A stretch of 57,381 nt of DNA from a virus (IMGVR_UViG_3300042896_000260:1-57381); one strand, 5' to 3'; positions 16,690 to 26,792 are shown, counted from the stretch's first letter. Made by a program: numbers and translations. The notes: generated by a model from the letters alone, not told the origin.

Positions 16690-17361
16690 ATGGACCCAGG
16701 GTACGTTGAATCTAAGGTAATTGAACTGGACAAACTCGGTGCCGAGACGCTCGCCGAGTTGGAGCGCCGCGCGGGCATCTCTGTCCTGGCCCTCCTGGAC
16801 GCCATCCGGCGTGATCGGGTGCGCCATGCCGACAGCCCTGCAGCAAACGACTCCTCGTCTTTGTCGTGTAACAATCCGTCGCTCGAGGCAAGGGGCTTCC
16901 TCAAGAAAAATGAGGAGACCAAAGCTTACCGGATGCTGATTTTCCTGGCTGAATTTCGTGATGGTCCGTCCGATGCGAAATTCAGCATGCGGCACGCGTA
17001 CACGAAAGCCGGCATCATTCGGGTGACCCTGAGCGACTGGCGCAACGCGCATCCACTGTTCAATTCGATCGTGGAGTCGATCCAGGAAGAAATGGTCGAC
17101 ACGATGCGTGCCGAGGCGTACCGGCGTGCGGTGGTGGGTCACGACGAGCCTTTGGTGCACCAGGGCGTCAAGACCGGCGAAACGGTGAAGAAATTCAGCG
17201 ACGGCCTGCTGCAGTTCACGCTGATGGGCTACGACGCCAAGTTCCGTCAGAAAGAGGTCAACATGAACGTGTCGGGGCAACTCGACTCGAACATCAATAT
17301 CGAGGGTCTCCGTGATCGTCTTGCCCAACGCCTACAGCAGAAGGCAAAAGCCGAAGATTAA
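16690..17361 (+). CDS. terS: Terminase small subunit
   Basis: EAYRRAVVGHDEP...KKFSDGLLQFTL pattern; immediately upstream of terL. Confidence 0.75.
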   Translation: MDPGYVESKVIELDKLGAETLAELERRAGISVLALLDAIRRDRVRHADSPAANDSSSLSCNNPSLEARGFLKKNEETKAYRMLIFLAEFRDGPSDAKFSMRHAYTKAGIIRVTLSDWRNAHPLFNSIVESIQEEMVDTMRAEAYRRAVVGHDEPLVHQGVKTGETVKKFSDGLLQFTLMGYDAKFRQKEVNMNVSGQLDSNINIEGLRDRLAQRLQQKAKAED

Positions 17362-18751
17362 GCTCCAGGCGCTCGATCCGCACAACATGAGCGAGTTCGT
17401 CGCGGAGTTGTCGGATCGGGAGGCACTGGAGCTTTTCTACGACTGGAAGACGTGGGCGCGGCCCAACCAGTTGGTGCCGGTGGACGACGAGACCTGGACC
17501 ACGTGGCTGATCCTGGCGGGGCGCGGGTGGGGAAAGACTCGGTGCGGCGCGGAGTTTGTGCGTTACCACGTCGAGAACAAACTCGCCGGTCGTATCGCGC
17601 TGATCGCCGAGGACGCGGGCGACGCGCGTGACGTGATGGTCGAGGGCGAGTCGGGCATCCTGGCGATCTCGCACCCGTACATGAAACCCACGTTCGTGCC
17701 GTCCAAGCGGCGGCTCGAGTGGCCCAATGGCGCGATTGCCACGATCTATTCGGACAACGACCCCGAGACCCTGCGCGGACCGCAGCATGATTTGGCCTGG
17801 GTGGACGAACTGGCGAAATTCCGCAACGCCGAGGACATGTGGTCGAACCTGATGTTCGGCCTGCGCCTGGGGCAGCGCCCACGCGTTTGCGTGACGACCA
17901 CGCCAAAGCCCGTGCCGATCGTCAAACGTCTGTATCAGGACGAGCGCACCTTCGTGACCACGGGCACGACGCACGAGAACTTCGGTAATCTGGCCCCGAC
18001 CTTCCGCGACGAAATCATCTCGCAGTACGAAGGCACGCGCATCGGGCGGCAGGAACTGTACGCCGAGATCATCGACCCGGAAGATTACGGCATCATCAAG
18101 CGGTCGTGGTTCAAGTTGTGGGACGCGAACAAGGCGTTTCCCGACTTCATGTACGTGTTGCAGTCCTACGACTGCGCGTACACGGACAAGACGATCAACG
18201 ACCCGACCGCGTGCTCGGTGTGGGGCGTCTTCCGTCCATCCGAGGACGGCCCGATGTGCGTCATGCTCATCGACTGTTGGGAGGACCACCTCGCCTACCC
18301 GGACCTGCGCGGTAAGGTCATCGAGGAGTACAAGTCCATCTACGGCGACCCGGGCAAGAAAGTCGACATGGTGCTCGTCGAGGACAAAGCCTCGGGCATC
18401 TCGATCATCCAGGACCTGCAGCGTGCAGGGGTGCCGTGCCGCGCGTACAACCCGGGCCGTGCCGACAAGACGCAGCGTCTGCATCTGGTGGCAAACATCA
18501 TCGCCCACGGGCGCGTGTACATCCCCGAATCCGTCGTGCACCGGGGACAGCCGCGCGACTGGGCCGAGGCTCTAGTGTCGCAGGTCTGCTCGTTCCCTGA
18601 GGCCGAGCATGACGACCTGACTGATACAATGAGCCAAGCCCTGCGCCTGTTGCGCGACATGGGTTTCCTCAACATCGACCCGGTGGCACCAGACACTGAA
18701 TACGTGGACGACGAGTACCGCGAGCGAAAGGCGAACCCTTATGCCCAATGA
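17312..18751 (+). CDS. terL: Terminase large subunit
   Basis: GRGWGKT Walker A, WVDELA Walker B, TTTP, nuclease EDKASG and HDDLTD; exact start uncertain. Confidence 0.93.
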   Translation: MIVLPNAYSRRQKPKIKLQALDPHNMSEFVAELSDREALELFYDWKTWARPNQLVPVDDETWTTWLILAGRGWGKTRCGAEFVRYHVENKLAGRIALIAEDAGDARDVMVEGESGILAISHPYMKPTFVPSKRRLEWPNGAIATIYSDNDPETLRGPQHDLAWVDELAKFRNAEDMWSNLMFGLRLGQRPRVCVTTTPKPVPIVKRLYQDERTFVTTGTTHENFGNLAPTFRDEIISQYEGTRIGRQELYAEIIDPEDYGIIKRSWFKLWDANKAFPDFMYVLQSYDCAYTDKTINDPTACSVWGVFRPSEDGPMCVMLIDCWEDHLAYPDLRGKVIEEYKSIYGDPGKKVDMVLVEDKASGISIIQDLQRAGVPCRAYNPGRADKTQRLHLVANIIAHGRVYIPESVVHRGQPRDWAEALVSQVCSFPEAEHDDLTDTMSQALRLLRDMGFLNIDPVAPDTEYVDDEYRERKANPYAQ

Positions 18752-20393
18752 TTCAGCTTTGCGGTCATTCCTGGCCGAACTGTCGCCCGAGGACATCACC
18801 ACGCTCGTGGGCCGGCTGTCACGCCTGATGCCGCAGGGCGCGGCGGTGTACTCACCCGAACTGAACGCGGGCGAGGCCGAGTTGGTGGCCAAGCGGCGTG
18901 CAGAGCGCGACGCGGCCCGGGCACGTGAACTCGAAATCATGGAGCAGATGCTGCCTCAGATGGCGGCACGTCGTCGTGCAGCGGTGCCCGAGGCACAGGC
19001 CGACGTGTTTGTGCCGACCCGGCCACGCGTCATGCGTGAAAGTCCGTTCATGTTCACGCAGCCCCAGTCATCCCGCGCCTATGCCGGTGGTGGCCCGGTG
19101 CTCGGCGACCAGACCATGCCGGACATGACCGATGCCGGTCGCATACTAACCGACCCGACCCCGTACCAATCGGGTGGACTGGCAAAAGCATTTAAGCACG
19201 CGAAAAGCCTGCTCGACGAGCCCCTGTATCATGGCGGCTCGTATAAGAAGGGCGATACGATCACGCAGCCGCTGTACACGACACCGAGCGAGGCGATGGC
19301 AAGCTCATTCGCCGACCCGATGCGCATTCCCGGTGCTAAACTGCAGGTGCTTAAGCCGGATGTCAAAAATCCTGCACCCGAGCGTCTTGTGCGTGCTGCA
19401 GCCCGGAAGTATGTACCCGCTAACGAACGTTCCGGTTTCACCCCGGCTTCGGTGTTCGATCCGAATCTGCATGACCCGAGAGATATTGATGCGTTGATTC
19501 GCGAGTTGAGGCGCAGGGGCTACGACAGCGCAGTGGCCGGCGATGTCGGTATGGGCGGGAATTGGCGAGCCAAAGAGGACGCGCTAGTTGTATTCCCCGG
19601 CTCCAAGGCGTATGCTAAGGGCGGCAAGGTCGGCACCAAGACTCTGGACGAAATGCAAGCCGAACTGATGAGCAAGCAGGGCCTCACGCGCCGCTCGCTG
19701 TTCGGTCTGCCCACCCAGTCGCAGCAGTACCCGCTGTCCAAGGTCGAGCAGGAAGTGCAGCGCATCGAGCAACAGGCTCGCAAGAAAGGCGAGGCACCGG
19801 CGGTCTCCACCACGCGAGTCGATGTGGACCCGGGCACGGGCAGCAAGCGCTCGGTCATGGAATCACTGGTCGAAACGCCTATGTCGCGCCGCGCAGTGCT
19901 CAAGACCGCAGGATCGCAAGCCATGCAGAGTATGTTGCCGGTGGGCGACATCGCCAAGGCGTTGGATGTCCCGGCTCCCACTGGTGTGGCAGGCGCATTG
20001 TCGCGAGCCACGCAGGCAGCACCGGTCATACCTGTGGTGACCGAGGCCATGATCCCAGGAATGATCGCCGAGGGTCTCAAGATGGGTTACAGTTTCCCTC
20101 GCATCATGAGGATGATAGAGTCCGATCTCGGCACCGGCCTTAAGAATGTCGGGGCCGACGACATCGAGCGTGCATACTACAACATGTTCGACCCGTTTAG
20201 TGCCACCTCGGGATTTGAGCGCAAAGTCACACCCGGTGAGGCGTGGCAGTCGTTGACTGGTGTAGAGAGAGCTTATGGGTCACCTATGGGTAAAATGCGT
20301 CAGTCTATGCGATCGGTCAAGGCGGCAGACCCGGAGTTGTACAATACTTTGAAGACTCTCTCTCGCGACATCGCCGAGTACGGTCCCGAATAA
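18741..20393 (+). CDS. Multi-module protein with an ADP-ribosyltransferase-like segment and xGG motifs
   Basis: LYHGG...LYTT...LRRRGYDS segment bracketed by YQSGG and YAKGG; lies between terL and portal. Confidence 0.65.
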   Translation: MPNDSALRSFLAELSPEDITTLVGRLSRLMPQGAAVYSPELNAGEAELVAKRRAERDAARARELEIMEQMLPQMAARRRAAVPEAQADVFVPTRPRVMRESPFMFTQPQSSRAYAGGGPVLGDQTMPDMTDAGRILTDPTPYQSGGLAKAFKHAKSLLDEPLYHGGSYKKGDTITQPLYTTPSEAMASSFADPMRIPGAKLQVLKPDVKNPAPERLVRAAARKYVPANERSGFTPASVFDPNLHDPRDIDALIRELRRRGYDSAVAGDVGMGGNWRAKEDALVVFPGSKAYAKGGKVGTKTLDEMQAELMSKQGLTRRSLFGLPTQSQQYPLSKVEQEVQRIEQQARKKGEAPAVSTTRVDVDPGTGSKRSVMESLVETPMSRRAVLKTAGSQAMQSMLPVGDIAKALDVPAPTGVAGALSRATQAAPVIPVVTEAMIPGMIAEGLKMGYSFPRIMRMIESDLGTGLKNVGADDIERAYYNMFDPFSATSGFERKVTPGEAWQSLTGVERAYGSPMGKMRQSMRSVKAADPELYNTLKTLSRDIAEYGPE

Positions 20394-20405
20394 AGAAAGA
20401 TACAT

Positions 20406-22898
20406 ATGGCCACCGAATTCCCGCAGCCGCAGATGGAACCCCAGGCAGGGCCTGAGGATACCGAAGGCATCGTGTTCGACCTGGAGGACGAGTTCGCAGA
20501 GGTCGAGGAGCAGCCGGATGGCTCGGCCATCGTGCGGATGGAGGACTTCAAGGGGCCGAACGAGGACCAGGATTTTTACCAAAATCTGGCCGAGGAAATC
20601 CCGAGTTACGAACTGTCTGCACTGGCGCTCAAGTACCTTGACCTCATCGAGAAGGACAAGGATGCACGCAAGGAGCGCGACAAGCAGTACGAAGAGGGCC
20701 TGAAGCGCACGGGCATGGGCAACGACGCGCCCGGTGGTGCGCAGTTCCAGGGTGCGAGCCGTGTGGTGCACCCCGCCATGGCAGAGGCGTGCATCGATTT
20801 CGAGTCGCGTGCCATCAAGGAGCTTTTCCCACCCGATGGCCCGGTGCGTACGAACATCATCGGCAAGGTGGACGAGGAGCAGGAAAGGCGTGCTGAGCGC
20901 AAGCGCGACTTCATGAACTGGCAGCTTACCGAACAAATCGAGGAATTCCGCGACGAGGAAGAGCAGATGCTCACCCAGTTGCCGCTCGGTGGCTCGCAGT
21001 ACCTCAAGATGTACTACGACTCGCGCAAGAAGCGCCCGGTCGCCGAGTTCATCCCGATCGATAATGTCATCCTGCCTTTCTCTGCTGCAAACTTCTACAC
21101 GGCGCAGCGTGCCACCGAAATGCAGGACATCACGCAGCAGGAATTCGAGTCGCGCATCGCGTCGGGCCTGTATCGTGACGTGAGCATCATGCGGGCGTCG
21201 ATGGAGCCCGAGCCCACCGCGCCGGAGAAGGCCAACGACAAGATCGAAGGCAAATCCTGGCAGGACAATGTGGACGGCACGCGCCGCGTGTACCACGTGT
21301 ACGTAATGCTCGAGGTCGAGGAGGACTCGTACTCCAAAGGCGAACTCGCGCCGTACATCCTGATGATCGACGAACTCGATACCGAGATTGTGGGCCTGTA
21401 CCGCAACTGGGAAGAGGGCGACGATACTATGACCAAGCTCGACTGGATAGTCGAGTTCAAATTCATCCCGTGGCGAGGTGCATATGCGATTGGTCTTCCG
21501 CACCTTATTGGCGGTCTTTCTGCTGCCATTACTGGCGGTCTTCGTGCTTTGTTGGATACTGCGCATATTAATAACGCGGCCACAATGCTTAAGCTTAAAG
21601 GAGCGAAGATATCTGGCCAATCGCAGAATGTGGAGGTGACGCAGGTCACCGAGATTGAGGGTGCACCCGGCGTGGACGATATCCGCAAGATCGCCATGCC
21701 GATGCCTTTCAATCCGCCGAGCGAAGTGCTGTTCAAACTGGTTGGCTTCCTGACCGAGGCGGCAAAGGGCGTGGTGACGACCGCTGAGGAAAAGATCGCC
21801 GACGTGAGCGCGACGACCCCGGTGGGCACCGCCCAGGCGCTCATCGAGCAGGGCTCGAAGGTGTTCTCGGCCATTCACGCACGGTTGCACGACTCGCAGT
21901 CGCGCGTGCTCAAGATCCTGCAGCGCATCAACCGGTGGTATCTCGACGAGATGCACAAGGGCGATGTGGTCCAGGAACTCGACATAAAGCGCGAGGACTT
22001 CAATCGCAATTCGGACGTGATTCCGGTCTCGGACCCGCACATTTTCTCCGAGACGCAGCGCATGGCGCAGACCCAAGCGGTCATGGCCATGATGGACAAG
22101 TACCCGGATCTGTTCGACCGGCGTGCCGTGGTGCAGCGGGCACTTAAACAGATGAAGGTGCCGAACGTCCAGGAACTGATGCCCGCCACCGCCGAGCCGA
22201 TGGAGATCAACGCAGCGGAGGAAAATGCGGCGATGGCGATCGGTCGCGCGGCGTTCGCGTACCCACACCAGAATCAGTTGGCGCACCTGCAGGCGCATTT
22301 GGATTTCGCGCTGAACCCGATGCTCGGCAGCAATCCGATCATCGCGCCGCAATTCCTGCCGCAAGCACTCGAGCACATCAAGCAGCATTTGATGCTGTGG
22401 TACATGGGCCACATGAATGGCTACGTCGAGGAGAGCCTGGGTCGTCCGGTGAAAGACTACGACATCGCGGGCATCACCGGTGAGGTCGATAAGCTCTTTG
22501 CACTGGCGTCGCAGCACACGATGATCGACGTCAAAGAAACGCTCACTAAGGTGCAGCCCGCGATCATCCAGATGGTCAAGGTCCTGCAGTCGCTCAAGCC
22601 GCAGCCCCCGATGGACGGCGCGGATCAGGTGATCCTGCAGACGAGCATGGCCGAGACCGAGCGCCGGAAGCTCAAGGATCAGGCTGACGCGATCCTGGGC
22701 GAGAAGCGTTTGACGCAGGACGCATTGCACAAGAATCGTCAGCAGCAAATTGACATCGCGCTCAACGCGTCGGATAATCTGACCGAGGAGCGGATAAAAT
22801 CGGCAGAATTGTCGCACGATGCGCGGCGTCTGCAACAGGAGCAGCTTACCACTGCACTCACCGCGCAAGAAAGCGCACAGCGAGCACTAGGAGCTTAA
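20406..22898 (+). CDS. Portal protein (podovirus-like, long helical C-terminus)
   Basis: 830 aa after terL; VVHPAMAEA, KELFPPDGPV, DFMNWQLTE, TPVGTAQAL. Confidence 0.88.
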   Translation: MATEFPQPQMEPQAGPEDTEGIVFDLEDEFAEVEEQPDGSAIVRMEDFKGPNEDQDFYQNLAEEIPSYELSALALKYLDLIEKDKDARKERDKQYEEGLKRTGMGNDAPGGAQFQGASRVVHPAMAEACIDFESRAIKELFPPDGPVRTNIIGKVDEEQERRAERKRDFMNWQLTEQIEEFRDEEEQMLTQLPLGGSQYLKMYYDSRKKRPVAEFIPIDNVILPFSAANFYTAQRATEMQDITQQEFESRIASGLYRDVSIMRASMEPEPTAPEKANDKIEGKSWQDNVDGTRRVYHVYVMLEVEEDSYSKGELAPYILMIDELDTEIVGLYRNWEEGDDTMTKLDWIVEFKFIPWRGAYAIGLPHLIGGLSAAITGGLRALLDTAHINNAATMLKLKGAKISGQSQNVEVTQVTEIEGAPGVDDIRKIAMPMPFNPPSEVLFKLVGFLTEAAKGVVTTAEEKIADVSATTPVGTAQALIEQGSKVFSAIHARLHDSQSRVLKILQRINRWYLDEMHKGDVVQELDIKREDFNRNSDVIPVSDPHIFSETQRMAQTQAVMAMMDKYPDLFDRRAVVQRALKQMKVPNVQELMPATAEPMEINAAEENAAMAIGRAAFAYPHQNQLAHLQAHLDFALNPMLGSNPIIAPQFLPQALEHIKQHLMLWYMGHMNGYVEESLGRPVKDYDIAGITGEVDKLFALASQHTMIDVKETLTKVQPAIIQMVKVLQSLKPQPPMDGADQVILQTSMAETERRKLKDQADAILGEKRLTQDALHKNRQQQIDIALNASDNLTEERIKSAELSHDARRLQQEQLTTALTAQESAQRALGA

Positions 22899-22901
22899 AT
22901 C

Positions 22902-23066
22902 ATGGCATCCAATCAAGAGCAAATGGGCCAGAACGTGAACTACCACAAGCGGATCGCCATGGGCGCGTCGCTTGATGGCAGCACGCTCGGCAGCAAAGAC
23001 GCCCCCAAGTCGTCGGCACCGGCTAAGTCCGGCACCGGCGCTCTGGCTCAAGCCAAGAAGAAATAA
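22902..23066 (+). CDS. Small hypothetical protein (54 aa, not in the ORF track)
   Basis: AGGAG RBS; MASNQEQMGQNVNYHKRIAMG...AKKK; TAATG overlap. Confidence 0.65.
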   Translation: MASNQEQMGQNVNYHKRIAMGASLDGSTLGSKDAPKSSAPAKSGTGALAQAKKK

Positions 23067-23275
23067 TGCGTTACGTCAGCGACCTGATCGGTGCTATCAG
23101 GGACCGCCAAGCGACGATCGCGAAGTCACTGGTGTCGGGTAACGCCGTCACCTTTGAGGCCTACCAACGCCTAGTTGGACAGCACCAAGGGCTTGAAGAA
23201 GTCCTGGAAATCATAAACGACCTTTTAAAGGACCCTGACGATGAGTCAGATCGTAGAGCCGGTGGCTTCGAATGA
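23066..23275 (+). CDS. Small head-region hypothetical protein
   Basis: YQRLVGQHQGLEEVL; lies between portal and the GroES-like gene. Confidence 0.72.
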   Translation: MRYVSDLIGAIRDRQATIAKSLVSGNAVTFEAYQRLVGQHQGLEEVLEIINDLLKDPDDESDRRAGGFE

Positions 23276-23678
23276 AGCCGAATTGCGGGAAGCATTTCCC
23301 GCTGTCGATCCCGGTGCCCTCCCCGTAGGTGGCCGTATTCTCGTGCAATGGCGACGGACCAAGAAGACCGTAACCAGTGCCGGAATCGTTCTCGTCGAGG
23401 AGACCAAGGAAACCGAGAAGTGGAACAATCAGGTCGCGAAAGTGATCGCTCTTGGACCACTCGCTTTCAAGAAGCGCGACACACTGGAGCCGTGGCCGGA
23501 AGGCAACTGGGTGCAGGTGGGTGATTACGTGCGGATGCCCAAATGGGGCGGCGACCGGTGGGAAGTCATTTATGGCGACCCTCAACTGGGCGAAACCGCA
23601 TTGTTCTCCGTGTTCAATGACCACGAAGTGATCGCAAAGGTCACTGGTGATCCCTTGAAGGTGAAGGCTTTCCTATGA
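23241..23678 (+). CDS. groES: GroES-like co-chaperonin
   Basis: PVGGRILV...TSAGIVL...KVIALGP...VQVGDYV...NDHEVIAKV. Confidence 0.82.
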   Translation: MSQIVEPVASNEAELREAFPAVDPGALPVGGRILVQWRRTKKTVTSAGIVLVEETKETEKWNNQVAKVIALGPLAFKKRDTLEPWPEGNWVQVGDYVRMPKWGGDRWEVIYGDPQLGETALFSVFNDHEVIAKVTGDPLKVKAFL

Positions 23679-24670
23679 ACCAAGTCGAGAAGATGGAAAT
23701 GCAGGTGGCTGAGGAGCAGGACGGCTCCGCAGTCGTGCAGATGCCACCGGGTGAAATGCCCGGAAGCGAGGAGGTCGATGTCAAGCGGGCATCGGCTGAC
23801 GATCAATTGGACGATGACGACCACGACGATGGCGTCGACGACGGTATTCCGGACGTCGACCCGGAGCGCGAGGCGATTCGTCAGGCACGCCGCGAAGAGC
23901 GGCAGTTGAAGAAGAAACTCCAGAAGGCAAAGACCACCGAGTCGAACCACCTGATCCAGGCGCTCAAGCGTCAGAATGAGCAGATGGCCGAGCGTTTGGC
24001 GGTCCTGGAGAAGCGTACGGCGGGTTCCGACCTCGCCCGACTGGACAAGGCGATCGAGGACGGTCACCTGCGTTTGCAGTATGCCAAGTTGAAGCTCAAG
24101 GAGGCCGCTGAAATGGCCGACGGGGCGGCTTTGGCCGAGGCGAACGAGGCGTGGTATGAGGCCCGCCGTCAGGTCGAGTCCCTGGAAGCGCTGAAGAAAA
24201 AGGCCGTCGAGACCGACTCGACGCCCAAACACTCCGTGCCAAAGGCTCCGGACCCCCTCCTGAAGCAGCAAGCCTCCCGGTGGATGGATCGGAACAGGTG
24301 GTACGACCCCAACGGCGCGGACATGGACTCCCAGGTCGCGACCAAGATCGACGAGAAGCTCGTGGCCGAGGGTTGGGACCCGACGACCCCCGATTACTGG
24401 GACGAGCTTGACCGCCGATTGACAAAATATTTGCCGCACCGCTATAATGGTGGCAATGACGAATCAAATAGTCGGTCGTCAGACAGGAGACCCCGAACTG
24501 TGGTAACTGGCTCAGGACGCGAACAATCACCTTCGGCGAAGCCGGGGGAGTTCCGTCTGTCACCCGAGCGGGTGCGGGCCATTAAAGAAGCCGGTAAATG
24601 GGACAACATTTCCGAGCGTAACCGCATGATCAAGAAGTACGCGGAATATGACCGCGCCAACAAGCAATAA
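23675..24670 (+). CDS. Putative capsid scaffolding protein
   Basis: Acidic N-terminus, long coiled coil, W..RN.WY, LSPERV...KKYAEY tail; upstream of the capsid genes. Confidence 0.7.
   Translation: MNQVEKMEMQVAEEQDGSAVVQMPPGEMPGSEEVDVKRASADDQLDDDDHDDGVDDGIPDVDPEREAIRQARREERQLKKKLQKAKTTESNHLIQALKRQNEQMAERLAVLEKRTAGSDLARLDKAIEDGHLRLQYAKLKLKEAAEMADGAALAEANEAWYEARRQVESLEALKKKAVETDSTPKHSVPKAPDPLLKQQASRWMDRNRWYDPNGADMDSQVATKIDEKLVAEGWDPTTPDYWDELDRRLTKYLPHRYNGGNDESNSRSSDRRPRTVVTGSGREQSPSAKPGEFRLSPERVRAIKEAGKWDNISERNRMIKKYAEYDRANKQ
24419..24448 (+). promoter_or_regulatory. Possible internal promoter in the scaffold gene, facing the capsid genes
   Basis: Perfect TTGACA-18 bp-TATAAT in a GC-rich CDS. 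Confidence 0.5.
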
Positions 24671-24680
24671 GGGGCTTCAA

Positions 24681-25223
24681 ATGACACGTGATGACCGACT
24701 GAAAAAAGATCTTTCCGCAGGTGGCCGTGAGTCTCGCGCAACGCAAGACAGTTCACGCGGTTCGGCTACGGAGGAACTGGCGAGCGCGCAAGAACGTCGT
24801 AGGATGTTCAGATCGGAATGGATTCAAGAATCCCTTCCTACACCCCCGGCGATTCCGGGATTCCATGTATGTTGGCTTTCGACTACCAACGGGTACGACC
24901 CCATCCATAAGCGACTCCGCATGGGCTATCAGCCTGTGCAGATCGAAGAAGTGCCGGGCTTTGAGAACTACAAAGTTAAAGCCGGTGAGCACACTGGGTT
25001 CGTCGCCTGTAACGAGATGCTTCTGTACAAGATTCCTGAAGAAGTCTATCAGGACATCATGGCAGAACTGCACCACTACGCCCCTCAGGAAGAAGCGGAC
25101 AAAATCCGCGTTCAGGCTGAACAGGCGGTTGGTCGCGACTCGAAGGGCAGGCCCCTGGGTATGATCGAAGGCGAAGGCATCTCGGAATTGGACAAGCCAA
25201 AGCCCGTCCCTGTATTCCAGTGA
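24681..25223 (+). CDS. Head-region hypothetical protein
   Basis: LPTPPAIPGFHVCWLS...GYQPV...MLLYKIPEE. Confidence 0.72.
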   Translation: MTRDDRLKKDLSAGGRESRATQDSSRGSATEELASAQERRRMFRSEWIQESLPTPPAIPGFHVCWLSTTNGYDPIHKRLRMGYQPVQIEEVPGFENYKVKAGEHTGFVACNEMLLYKIPEEVYQDIMAELHHYAPQEEADKIRVQAEQAVGRDSKGRPLGMIEGEGISELDKPKPVPVFQ

Positions 25224-25255
25224 CGGATATCTGAACCCATATGGAGTAAAAGCAA

Positions 25256-25858
25256 ATGTCTGCTACCTCTGCTCCGTTTGGCCTGCGCCCCGCGTTCCAT
25301 CCCTCTGGTCTGGACCGCGCTCAAGCGTTGGCTAACGGCATCCAAGCCGTCTCGACGAGCGGCAACGTTTCTGCTGGCTATGCCACCAACATCTTGAAGG
25401 GTCAGCCCGTCAAGATGGACACCGGTGGTTATATCGTCGTCGCCGCTGCCGGTGATGCGTTCCTCGGTGCCTTCGCTGGTGTCGAGTGGACGGATTCTAC
25501 TGGCCGTCGTCGCGTCAGCAATTATTGGCCCGCGAATGAGTCCTTCCAAGTGGGCTCGGTGGTCGCGTATTTCTACAACGATCCCAACATCGTGTACGAA
25601 ATTCAGACCGATGGTACCCTGACTCAGACCGCTATCGGTGCTGAGGCTGACCTGAGCAACACGACCAATGGTTCCACGACCACGGGTCTGTCTCAGGCCA
25701 CGCTGTCCATCAGTGTTGTGGCATCGCCCAACACGGCGCAAATGCGCATCGTGGACATCGCTCCGTACCCCGACAACGCTTGGGGAGATAATTTCGTCAT
25801 CGTCCGTGCAACCATCGCCGAATACCAATTCGCCGGTGTCGCCGGAACTGCACTGTAA
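25256..25858 (+). CDS. Putative capsid decoration/minor capsid protein
   Basis: APFGLRP...GAFAGVEWTD...DPNIVYEIQ; directly precedes the major capsid gene. Confidence 0.65.
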   Translation: MSATSAPFGLRPAFHPSGLDRAQALANGIQAVSTSGNVSAGYATNILKGQPVKMDTGGYIVVAAAGDAFLGAFAGVEWTDSTGRRRVSNYWPANESFQVGSVVAYFYNDPNIVYEIQTDGTLTQTAIGAEADLSNTTNGSTTTGLSQATLSISVVASPNTAQMRIVDIAPYPDNAWGDNFVIVRATIAEYQFAGVAGTAL

Positions 25859-25873
25859 AGGAGGGCATGAATC

Positions 25874-26788
25874 ATGGCAGCCCCGATGAGAAGTACCGAC
25901 TTCCGGAGCATCGTTGAGCCTATCCTCAATGAGTGCTTCGATGGCGTGTACGACCAACGTAAGGATGAGTGGTCCCGTGTCTTCCGCGAAGAGCAGGGCA
26001 TCCCCCGTAACTACCACGAAGAGCCGGTCCTGTACGGATTTGGTGCCGCTCCTCAACTGCCTGATGGCACTCCGGTGGCCTATCAGCAGGGCGGCGTGCT
26101 GTTCCTCAAGCGCTATGTGTACCAAGTCTATGGCTTGGCCTTCGCGCTGACCAAGGTTCTGGTCGAGGACGGCGATCACATCCGTATCGGTCAGGTCTAC
26201 GCCAAGCACCTTGCCCAGTCTCTGATTGAGACCAAGGAAACGCTGTCGGCTAACGTCCTGAACCGCGCCTTTAACAGCGCCTATCCCGGTGGTGATGGCG
26301 TGCAGTTGAACTCGGCTTCGCATCCGATCGTCAACGGCACCTTCAGCAACCTGCTGAGCACCGCTGCTAACCTGTCGCAGACCTCGCTTGAGCAAATGCT
26401 CATCCAGATCCGTCAGGCTGTGGATAACAACGGCAAGAAGATTCGTCTGGTGCCCCGCCAACTGGTGGTCGCTCCTGGCAACGTCTTCCAGGCCGAGGTG
26501 CTGCTGAAGTCGGTTCTGCGTGCCGGTACCGCCAACAACGACATCAACCCCGTGAAATCGATTGGTCTCCTGGACGAAGGCGCTGCCGTTCTGTCCCGTC
26601 TGACCAACGCCAACGCATGGTGGGTTCAGACCGACGCTCCCGAGGGCATGAAGCTCTTGATGCGCCGCGCTCTGGAGAAGACCATGGAAGGCGACTTCGA
26701 AACGGACTCGATGCGTTACAAGGCCACCGAGCGTTACGACGTGGGCTTCACTGATCCGCGTGCGATGTACGGTACCCCCGGCGTCTAA
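25874..26788 (+). CDS. Major capsid protein
   Basis: 304 aa; AKHLAQSLIETKE...NVLNRAF, GDFETDSMRYKATERY; followed by a hairpin. Confidence 0.85.
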   Translation: MAAPMRSTDFRSIVEPILNECFDGVYDQRKDEWSRVFREEQGIPRNYHEEPVLYGFGAAPQLPDGTPVAYQQGGVLFLKRYVYQVYGLAFALTKVLVEDGDHIRIGQVYAKHLAQSLIETKETLSANVLNRAFNSAYPGGDGVQLNSASHPIVNGTFSNLLSTAANLSQTSLEQMLIQIRQAVDNNGKKIRLVPRQLVVAPGNVFQAEVLLKSVLRAGTANNDINPVKSIGLLDEGAAVLSRLTNANAWWVQTDAPEGMKLLMRRALEKTMEGDFETDSMRYKATERYDVGFTDPRAMYGTPGV

Positions 26789-26792
26789 ACCT

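Noticed and set aside
20280-22868. 862-aa minus-strand ORF, and similar long antisense ORFs (5352..6602, 17294..18541, 25112..26818, 43655..45106)
   Set aside because: They mirror well-supported + strand genes, lack motifs, and are expected from GC-rich codon bias
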